A DNA stretch of 64,000 nucleotides, taken from the NCBI GenBank assembly GCA_963771075.1, contig CAVYSE010000004.1, positions 1 to 64,000 on the forward strand, given 5' to 3'. Origin of the DNA: a candidate division FCPU426 bacterium. GTDB lineage: Bacteria > Oederibacteriota > Muellerivitia > Muellerivitales > Muellerivitaceae. Shown in pieces: positions 56,714 to 64,000 of this stretch (positions are counted from its first letter, which is position 1; the number at the start of each line of letters is the position of its first letter). The notes under the pieces were generated by a model, which did not search any database, had not been told where the DNA came from, and was given only the letters and a program-made list of their open reading frames with translations. The position numbers and the translations under genes are program-made.

Positions 56714-58114
56714 ATGTTCCGCTCTTTATTCCAGCCCGCTTGTTTCTGCCTCTTCCTTCTGGGGTTTTTCCTCAGGCCAATCCCGGCTGTGGCCCAGCCC
56801 CTCTGCGGGTCCGTCGCCTATCAATCCTTCACCTGGACCGACATGGCCACTATTCCCGGGAGTGTGAACTGGGCCCGTTCCGACGTTATCAACAATATGA
56901 TCTATGTGGCGGGAGGGGGTACCCCGCCCATTGATTTGTATTCCTACGATACCACGATCAATACCTGGATCAGACTGGCCGACATGCCCGTCGGTGTGAG
57001 CGGGGCCGCGGTCGGGGCGGTCAATGGAATTTTATACGTGGCCGGAGGAGCTTCTGGCGGCGCTACCACCAACGGCCTACAGGCTTATAACCCCGTGACC
57101 AACAGCTGGGCCACCCTGGCTCCCATGCCTAACAAAACCAATGTTCCCGCCTCGGCGGTCTTGAACAATATTTTTTACGTGATCGGCGGCCAAGGCTTCG
57201 AAACCACGCTCGACGCCTATAACACGACCACGAACAGCTGGTCCACCCTGGCTCCCATGCCCGTGGGCTACAGTGACAGCGGCGCGGCGGTCATCAACAA
57301 CTTGATCTATGTCGTGGGTGGGATGTTAGCCACCAGCGTTATCTCTCCCGGTCTGCAAGTTTACGACCCCTCAGCGAACACCTGGTCCGCCCTGGCTCCC
57401 CCCCTGCTCAGTCTGGAAGGTTTTTCCGTCGTGACCATCAATGGGATCCTGTACGTGCTCGGCGGCTACAATGACTCCACCCTCTTTTCCGGCGCGGTGG
57501 AAGCTTACGACCCCTCCGCCAACAGCTGGACGATCTTAAGCAATTCCCTGAACCCGGCCAGAGTGGGTTTGACCGGGGACGTGGTCAACAACGTGATCTA
57601 TGAGATAGGCGGGTTTAACGGAGTGGTGAGTACTTCAGAGTTGAACCAGGCGTCCAACGCCGTTTGTAACCCGACGCCCACGCCCTCGCCCACGGTAACG
57701 CCCACCGCGACCCTCACTCCCACCGTGACCCTCACGCCGACTATCACCAACACCCCCACCCTCACTTCGTCCCCGACCAACACCACCACCCCGACCTCCA
57801 CCTTCACCCCCACCGCGACCTACATCCCCGACTTCCTGGCCATTCCCCAGAACCTCTTCAAGCCCGCCCAGGGGCCGCTCGTGATGCAGTTATCCGTCCC
57901 CTATTCCGCGGGCACCGTGAGCTTGAACGTCTACAACACCGCCGGGGAATTCATCAAATCACTTGTGAAACTGAACCTCACCCAGCCCACCCAGATGGCC
58001 GTCACCTGGGACGGCACCAACCAGGAGGGGGACGCCTGCGCCAGCGGGGTCTATCTCTTTTATTTGAACGAGCCACTGGAGCGCAAATCCGCACGGGTCC
58101 TGCTGATCCATTAG
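56714..58114 (+). CDS. Paralogous Kelch + linker + FlgD-Ig-like protein
   Basis: Same architecture; C-terminal domain identical in protein sequence to the preceding gene. Confidence 0.9.
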   Translation: MFRSLFQPACFCLFLLGFFLRPIPAVAQPLCGSVAYQSFTWTDMATIPGSVNWARSDVINNMIYVAGGGTPPIDLYSYDTTINTWIRLADMPVGVSGAAVGAVNGILYVAGGASGGATTNGLQAYNPVTNSWATLAPMPNKTNVPASAVLNNIFYVIGGQGFETTLDAYNTTTNSWSTLAPMPVGYSDSGAAVINNLIYVVGGMLATSVISPGLQVYDPSANTWSALAPPLLSLEGFSVVTINGILYVLGGYNDSTLFSGAVEAYDPSANSWTILSNSLNPARVGLTGDVVNNVIYEIGGFNGVVSTSELNQASNAVCNPTPTPSPTVTPTATLTPTVTLTPTITNTPTLTSSPTNTTTPTSTFTPTATYIPDFLAIPQNLFKPAQGPLVMQLSVPYSAGTVSLNVYNTAGEFIKSLVKLNLTQPTQMAVTWDGTNQEGDACASGVYLFYLNEPLERKSARVLLIH

Positions 58115-58166
58115 CGGCGGCCCGCCCGTTCGGGCCAAAGAGCTATTTGCGGTATGATTAGGGCGT

Positions 58167-60773
58167 ATGTTTCAAACCTTATCTAAATCACTCATCCTTC
58201 TTTTGGTCCTGGGTTTATTCCTCAGGGCTGACCCGGCTTTATCTCAAATAACCTGCGGCTCGGTCGCGGACCAGCAACTCAATTGGACTGAAATGGCCCC
58301 CCTGCCAGTGGAGACCAGTTGGGCCGGTTCCGCCGTCCTCAACGGCTTGATCTATGTGGCGGGGGGAGTCAGCCCCGTCAATTTCCCAGCCACCGACACC
58401 CTTTTCGGCTACGATCCCACCGCGAACACCTGGACGACCCTCGCCAACCTCCCCGACAATTTATACGGGCCCGCGGTGGGCGCGGTGAACGGCACCCTTT
58501 ACGTGGCCGGAGGCCTCAACTCGGCCGGGACGACCGTCAATAGCCTTTATGCCTACAACCCCGGCACCAATACCTGGTCCACCCTTCCCAACATGCCAAC
58601 TGCCACTTATGACGCAGGATCGGCCGTCATCAACGGCATCTTTTACGTGGCAGGGGGATACGACGGCGCCAGCACAGAAACCTTGCAGGCCTTTGATCCC
58701 GCCACCAATAGCTGGGCCACCCTGGCCCCAGGTCCCGCGGGGATGGTATTTGGGGATGTGTCCGTCATCAATGGCCTGCTTTATAACTTGGGGAGCCCGG
58801 ATATCTATGATCCCACCACCAATACCTGGTCCGTTCAAACTTCCCATGGATTCGTATTAACTGGGGACGGTCGTTCTCTGTTGAACGTAAACGGAATTCT
58901 TTACGCGATAGGAGGGGGCTGGGGATCCTACGGAATATTTGCTTTCGACCCCTCGTCCAACACCTGGACCACGCTGACTAACACCCTGCCTACGAACAGA
59001 TTGGGTTTAACCGGGGATGTGGTCAACGGCGTGATTTACGAAATCGGGGGAACCGGCCCCGGAACAAGCTTTTCAGCCCTCAACGAGGCCGCTACGATCA
59101 CTTGTCTTCTGACTCCCACGCCCTCGTCCACGGCCACCCTCACTTCGACCGGCACCGCCACCCTCACCCCCACCCCCACGGTCACCAGCACTCCCATGGC
59201 CCCTCTCTGCGGGTCCGTCGCCAGCGAAACCCTGAACTGGTCGTCCATGGCGCCCATTCCCATCACCTCCATGTTTTCAGGATCCGACGCCATCAACAAC
59301 GTCATTTACCTCGTGGGGAACTCGTTACCTCTCACGAACGCAGCTTATTCCTATAACACCTCCACGAACACTTGGGCCCCGATCGCCAGCCTGCCGGGCA
59401 ATCTCTTCGGCGCGACCGTCAATGCCATCGGCGGCATTCTCTACGTGGCCGGCGGAACCAATGGAGCCTGGATCACCAATCAAGTTTTAATATATAACCC
59501 CGCCACCAATTCCTGGGCCTACAACGGTTTCCTGGCCACATCGACCCAGAACGCGGCTTCGGCCGTGATCGGCAACACCCTTTATGTGGCCGGGGGATTT
59601 GACGGTGTGGACAATACCACCTTGCAGGCCTTTAACGTATCATCGGGCCTCTGGAACATCCTGGCGCCCTTGCCGGTTGGAGTCGCCGAGGAGGGTGCCG
59701 TCGCCCTCAATGGGCTGTTGTACCTGGCGGGGGGCGATACTAGCACCGGAGTGGTTCAAAACACGCTCCAGGTTTACAACCCGGCTACCAACTCTTGGAG
59801 CACCCTGGCCCCCATGCCGGTTGGGGTTCGTGGCTTATCGCTCGTGACGGTCAGCGGCATCCTTTATGCCATCGGCGGGTTAACGTCCTCTTCAGGGTCG
59901 ATCAACACCGTGCAAGCCTACGACCCCAGCACCAATAGCTGGACGATCCTGAGCAACAGCCTTTCTGTCGTGGATTGGGGATTAACCGGGTCCGTCGTCA
60001 ACAACGTGATCTATATGATGGGAGGGTTCTCATCCAGCGACAACTACGCCGCCACCATCCTTTGCGTCACCTCCACGCCCACCTATTCCCCGACCGTCAC
60101 CCAGACTTTCACGGTTTCCTCCACCCCCACCGGTACACCGACCGGTAGCCCAACGCTCACCGCCTCGGGCACCTCCTCTCCCTCGGCGACCTCCACCCCG
60201 ACGCCGACCCCAACCTTCACCCTCACGGCCACGAATACGGCCACGCCCACATTCACTTCGACCATCACCCCAACCCCGACTTTCACGCCATCCCCGACGG
60301 CGACTGTTACCCCGACCGCGACCCAAACCTTTACCCCATCTTTCACGGCCACTTTCAGCCCTACACCCACCCCAACTTCGACCCTGACCCTCACCCCCAC
60401 GATCACCCCGACCCCCACTTTCACTTCCACTCGAACGATTACCGCCTCTCCCACCCCGACCTTTTCCCCGACCGCGACCTATATCCCCGACGTCATGTAT
60501 ATTCCCGTGAATGTCTTCAAACCCACCCAGGGACCCCTGACGATCTCCCTTTCCATTCCCATTTCCACGGGTAATGTGACCCTCAACGTCTACAACACCG
60601 CCGGGGAAAGCGTGAAACAGCTCTTGAACCGATATGTCGACGGACCCGCCCATATTTTCGTGAACTGGGACGGCACCAACCAGGAAGGCGACCGGTGCGC
60701 CAGCGGGGTCTATCTCTTTTACCTGACGGAGTCTCTGGAGCGAAAAAGGGCCAAGGTGGTTTTGATCCGATAA
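58167..60773 (+). CDS. Double-Kelch + long linker + FlgD-Ig-like protein
   Basis: Two CGSVA-initiated Kelch modules and a long Thr/Pro linker. Confidence 0.9.
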   Translation: MFQTLSKSLILLLVLGLFLRADPALSQITCGSVADQQLNWTEMAPLPVETSWAGSAVLNGLIYVAGGVSPVNFPATDTLFGYDPTANTWTTLANLPDNLYGPAVGAVNGTLYVAGGLNSAGTTVNSLYAYNPGTNTWSTLPNMPTATYDAGSAVINGIFYVAGGYDGASTETLQAFDPATNSWATLAPGPAGMVFGDVSVINGLLYNLGSPDIYDPTTNTWSVQTSHGFVLTGDGRSLLNVNGILYAIGGGWGSYGIFAFDPSSNTWTTLTNTLPTNRLGLTGDVVNGVIYEIGGTGPGTSFSALNEAATITCLLTPTPSSTATLTSTGTATLTPTPTVTSTPMAPLCGSVASETLNWSSMAPIPITSMFSGSDAINNVIYLVGNSLPLTNAAYSYNTSTNTWAPIASLPGNLFGATVNAIGGILYVAGGTNGAWITNQVLIYNPATNSWAYNGFLATSTQNAASAVIGNTLYVAGGFDGVDNTTLQAFNVSSGLWNILAPLPVGVAEEGAVALNGLLYLAGGDTSTGVVQNTLQVYNPATNSWSTLAPMPVGVRGLSLVTVSGILYAIGGLTSSSGSINTVQAYDPSTNSWTILSNSLSVVDWGLTGSVVNNVIYMMGGFSSSDNYAATILCVTSTPTYSPTVTQTFTVSSTPTGTPTGSPTLTASGTSSPSATSTPTPTPTFTLTATNTATPTFTSTITPTPTFTPSPTATVTPTATQTFTPSFTATFSPTPTPTSTLTLTPTITPTPTFTSTRTITASPTPTFSPTATYIPDVMYIPVNVFKPTQGPLTISLSIPISTGNVTLNVYNTAGESVKQLLNRYVDGPAHIFVNWDGTNQEGDRCASGVYLFYLTESLERKRAKVVLIR

Positions 60774-60812
60774 TACTTTCCAGGCACGGCCCTCATTTGA
60801 GAGAATTCACCC

Positions 60813-61559
60813 ATGATCCCTTCCCCGCATAGCTGGTTCAATCCCGCCTCCCTTCTATTAACAACCGCCTTTTTCCTATGCCTCCTATTCGCGCTCGCGG
60901 GGGCGAAGCCCCTGATCAAACAAAATTGGTTCAAGCCCATTTTCTATTTCGGGATCCTTTTGACCCTGGCCACGTGGTACGTCTCCGCCAGGCAATTCCA
61001 GGAAAAGGAAGACATGATCGCCGCCAACAAGCTATTGCGGGCCAACCTGGACCATCAATCGAGGGATTTGGAAAAAACGCGCGGGGACCTGAACCGCCTG
61101 TTGGCCTTGGGGCTTCCCCCCAAAAAAGAAACTCCCATTCCCACCCCCCAACCCGGCTTCCAGCCGCCCGAATTAACCCCCCTGGAAGTAGCCATTAACC
61201 ATCTGAACCAGGACATTGCCTGGGGAAACCGGGTATTGGAAGAATGCTCCAACGGGCGCCTTTCCTACCCCGCCTATTTGAGGGAACGGGAAGATTGGCT
61301 GGGGGACGTTCGCAACTTCCTTCGTAACAATCCCCTGTTTCAATCGAAAGACCGATGGAAGACCTGGTACGGTTACGGGGACGCGAGGGGGGAAGGCTTC
61401 GAGGTCCGGGACGTGGATTGGCAAAGGAGGAAACCCTGCCCGCCGGAAGCGCCCGCGGACCGAAGGGAAGATTACACGGATATCCAACGAAGACTGGACA
61501 ACCTGGGATTTTACAAGAACGCGCTGATGACCGCGGGGGTCACCAACAGCGAAAATTGA
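60813..61559 (+). CDS. Membrane-anchored hypothetical protein
   Basis: Two N-terminal TM segments, coiled coil, Pro-rich hinge. Confidence 0.65.
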   Translation: MIPSPHSWFNPASLLLTTAFFLCLLFALAGAKPLIKQNWFKPIFYFGILLTLATWYVSARQFQEKEDMIAANKLLRANLDHQSRDLEKTRGDLNRLLALGLPPKKETPIPTPQPGFQPPELTPLEVAINHLNQDIAWGNRVLEECSNGRLSYPAYLREREDWLGDVRNFLRNNPLFQSKDRWKTWYGYGDARGEGFEVRDVDWQRRKPCPPEAPADRREDYTDIQRRLDNLGFYKNALMTAGVTNSEN

Positions 61560-61586
61560 GCCTTTCGGCCCAACCGGGGACCGACT

Positions 61587-62069
61587 TTATTTCTTGATGT
61601 CTTTTTTGGCGGGGTCTTCGACGGGCTTCGGGGGCTCCGCGCCGCGCATGGCTTTCGCCTTCAAGATGCGCTCGAAGAGGTGGAGATATTCCCTCTTCAG
61701 GTCGACGGGGGTGAAATTGCGGTAGTTGGATTCGTTGTACTTCTCACCCAAGTATTCCTTGCTCTGGCGGATGAAGGTCAGGATGGTCCCGACCGTCTCA
61801 TCGGTGGCCTGGTTGTTGGCCGACTCGATGGTGACGCGCTGGAGGACGCCTTCCCGGTAACGGCCCACCTGGTCCTCGGAGGGGTTCACGATCCCCGAGA
61901 TCTTGCCGGTGAAATTCTCAATGAAGAAAAGCACATCCACATCCTTGCCGTAAAGCTCCGTAATGGTGGAAATGGATGAGGAATCGGAACGGGTTTGGAT
62001 TTCCTTCCCGCATTGGCTGCAAAACCTGCTTTTAGGGTCGTTTTTGTACCCGCATTGGGTGCAATTCAT
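61587..62069 (-). CDS. Zinc-ribbon domain protein
   Basis: CTQCG...FCSQCG N-terminus. Confidence 0.75.
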   Translation of the reverse strand: MNCTQCGYKNDPKSRFCSQCGKEIQTRSDSSSISTITELYGKDVDVLFFIENFTGKISGIVNPSEDQVGRYREGVLQRVTIESANNQATDETVGTILTFIRQSKEYLGEKYNESNYRNFTPVDLKREYLHLFERILKAKAMRGAEPPKPVEDPAKKDIKK

Positions 62070-62359
62070 TCGTTGTTTCTCCAAAAGAAAGTGGGCCTAA
62101 CTATACCATGCCCAACGGGAGAGGCAAGGCATGCAAACGGTTTTTTTCTAATGTTTACCGATGTTTCTAACGGCCGCCGCCGTGGAATCTGAACCCAATT
62201 TTGACCGGGGTCTTGAAATTTTCTTTCACTTTCCTCTTCGGGATAAGGGGGGGTAACCCCGAGGGGGGCATACCCGTCGTTTAACCTTTAAATTATGCCC
62301 TATAATTTGTTCTATTTTTTTATTGCAAAAAGATTCCGAAGCTTTTAATTTTTAAACCC

Positions 62360-62530
62360 ATGGCGACGCGTAAAGGCCCTCACCCGTTGGAATCAGGCCA
62401 GGCGCTGGTGGAATACCTGATCCTGGTCGCGGCCGTTTCCGCGGGTATGCTGGGGGTGTCTTTTTTGTTCTCGCACCAGGTCCAGCGATATCTAAGCTAT
62501 GTCTACGACCTTTTATCGAAGCCATTTTGA
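62360..62530 (+). CDS. Flp-type pilin-like protein (56 aa, below the ORF-track cut-off)
   Basis: MATRKGPHPLESG-QALVEYLILVAAVS...: prepilin G/xxxxEY motif. Confidence 0.8.
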   Translation: MATRKGPHPLESGQALVEYLILVAAVSAGMLGVSFLFSHQVQRYLSYVYDLLSKPF

Positions 62531-62547
62531 ACATTTAACCGGGAGGT

Positions 62548-62769
62548 ATGGAAATGAGGAATTTAAGGAAAAACCAATCAGGGCAGGGAATGACCGAATA
62601 TATCCTGATCATCGCCTTGATCGCCGTTGCGGTTATCGCCGCCGTCAAGATTTTCGGGGGCTCGCTGACGAGCGGTTTTAACAACGCCTCCGGGGCCATC
62701 GGCACCGCGACCGGAACCAGTTCCGCCCAAGGCGCCGCCGCAGCCGCAGGGGCCGTTGCAGGCCATTAA
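62548..62769 (+). CDS. flp: Flp family type IVb pilin
   Basis: SG-QGMTEYILIIALIAVAVI. Confidence 0.92.
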   Translation: MEMRNLRKNQSGQGMTEYILIIALIAVAVIAAVKIFGGSLTSGFNNASGAIGTATGTSSAQGAAAAAGAVAGH

Positions 62770-62774
62770 GAAAA

Positions 62775-63329
62775 GTGGCCAGCCCCGTTTCTCATCGGGG
62801 ACAATCGCTTTCGGAGTTTTCACTAATTGTTCCCGTTTTATTTTTGCTCTTCTTCGCCTTAATCCAGGTGACTTATACAGCTTTTGCGGCCTTTTCAGTT
62901 CAGAGAGCCGCTTTTGCCATTGCACGCGAAGCAGCCGCTTCGAGCGATCCCAATTCTTATAATCCCTATTTTCAATTGGCTTATTGCCTCTCACCCTTAA
63001 GCCAAATCAGCCCGACCACAATGGCAACCGTTTTATCAACACGATGTGGCATTACTTACAACAGCGACACGGACGATTACGTCCAGGTTAGCGTGACCTA
63101 TCCAATGCCCATCTGGATTCCTTTGGCCGGGAAAATATTCGGCCAGCCTTTTCAAGTATCATCAGCCCTTCGTTCCCCAATGGAAAGTACATTGGAATTT
63201 GTTTTCGAATCCCTGGGTAAACCCAAACCCGACTTCTCGTTCAAACAGTTTTCTTTCCCCCATGTGCAAATGCTCACCTTCAAAGCCGAAGCTTTATGCG
63301 AAAATTCCGTCGGATACCAAAAGGAATAA
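62775..63329 (+). CDS. TadE-like pseudopilin
   Basis: RG-QSLSEFSLIVPVLFLL...AA..AR. Confidence 0.85.
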   Translation: MASPVSHRGQSLSEFSLIVPVLFLLFFALIQVTYTAFAAFSVQRAAFAIAREAAASSDPNSYNPYFQLAYCLSPLSQISPTTMATVLSTRCGITYNSDTDDYVQVSVTYPMPIWIPLAGKIFGQPFQVSSALRSPMESTLEFVFESLGKPKPDFSFKQFSFPHVQMLTFKAEALCENSVGYQKE

Positions 63330-63330
63330 T

Positions 63331-64000
63331 GTGCGACGTTTACAACGTTGGTCCACCACTCCCACCGGTCAGGTTTTGGTCGCAACCGTGTTTTTTTGCT
63401 TTATTTTCGCAGCTCTATTTATCGGGGTTTATAAATCGGGACTTCTGTATAACTCCAAGGGACGGGCAGTCCGAGCCACCGATTTGACCAGTCTTTCAGG
63501 CGGGGCCGTTTATGCCAATGGAATGCAATTGGTCCGGTTGACCAATGTCCTCTTGACGGGTTTTCTTGCAATCGATCTTTTAATTTTACTTGGTTCCATG
63601 GAGTTGACCGGAGGTTTGGCCAATTTCGTCTTACCCAAAATGCCTTTAACAAAGTTCGCGCAAACGGTTCAAAAAATACTTTTCGGAGTCGGTCTTCCAA
63701 CCGGGGCCTATCCCTTCATGATCTTCATGGAAGCCAATCAATGTTCCAGAGATAACCAACTTACGAATAATTGGCCGGGTTTGACTTCCTGGGCCGTTCC
63801 AATTCCTCCCTCTCCTATCTTCCTATTTAACTTTGAAGGCTCCCTCACCCAAGCGTTTATTCCCAATATGGCCCTGAAATTCAGAACCCTTGATTATTTT
63901 GTTTTCAAATTACCCAAGGATGAGAAACCATCCCGGTATTACTACCGTGAAAAAAAAACCGGGATAATCCACTACTACAATGCCGATGAAGTGGTAGATG
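63331..64000 (+). CDS. TadG-like pilus assembly protein, truncated by the window end
   Basis: Open frame from GTG 63331: TG-QVLVATVFFCFIFAALF...RATDLTSLSGG. Confidence 0.65.
   Translation, partial: MRRLQRWSTTPTGQVLVATVFFCFIFAALFIGVYKSGLLYNSKGRAVRATDLTSLSGGAVYANGMQLVRLTNVLLTGFLAIDLLILLGSMELTGGLANFVLPKMPLTKFAQTVQKILFGVGLPTGAYPFMIFMEANQCSRDNQLTNNWPGLTSWAVPIPPSPIFLFNFEGSLTQAFIPNMALKFRTLDYFVFKLPKDEKPSRYYYREKKTGIIHYYNADEVVD

Noticed and set aside
55150..60773. Diversity-generating retroelement acting on the Kelch genes
   Set aside because: No reverse transcriptase, and the near-identical repeats do not show adenine-specific mismatches.
1..64000. tRNA, rRNA or prophage genes; firm taxonomic assignment
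   Set aside because: None recognised by eye; taxonomy cannot be established without a database comparison (RecA would be suitable).

Overview
GC-rich bacterial chromosomal segment, most genes on the minus strand. From left to right: (1) a frameshifted Y1/RAYT-type HUH transposase relic; (2) a biotin cluster (fabG-like, frameshifted fabF-like, bioF, bioD) interleaved with an AT-rich PIN-like pseudogene and five type II toxin-antitoxin modules (HicAB, MazEF-like, VapBC, HigBA-like, and an orphan HTH antitoxin whose toxin is reduced to a 22-aa stub); (3) an ABC-2 exporter, secreted carbohydrate-active proteins and membrane proteins; (4) housekeeping genes (mazG, metallophosphoesterase, MFS, AsmA, recA, bshB1-like, cold-shock protein); (5) a complete phosphate-uptake region (porin, pstSCAB, phoU, DUF47, pit); (6) an RND/TolC pair without an adaptor gene, headed by a DDE-less IS1595-type DNA-binding domain; (7) many secreted hypothetical proteins, a Crh-like HPr paralogue, a sphingomyelinase-like phosphoesterase and a GH12; (8) three tandem Kelch / Thr-Pro linker / FlgD-Ig surface proteins; (9) the start of a Tad/Flp pilus locus. 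The most striking unexplained structure is a family of 30-bp 12-6-12 imperfect palindromes (consensus about TTGTCCAnGACG-GGTCCC-CGTCGTGGACAA). Six clear copies and one degenerate copy lie between 3.0 and 9.1 kb, all in the same orientation, and they bracket each toxin-antitoxin module like recombination sites of a cassette array. No recombinase gene, rRNA, tRNA or CRISPR array was seen. All calls are by eye from sequence motifs; no searches were run.
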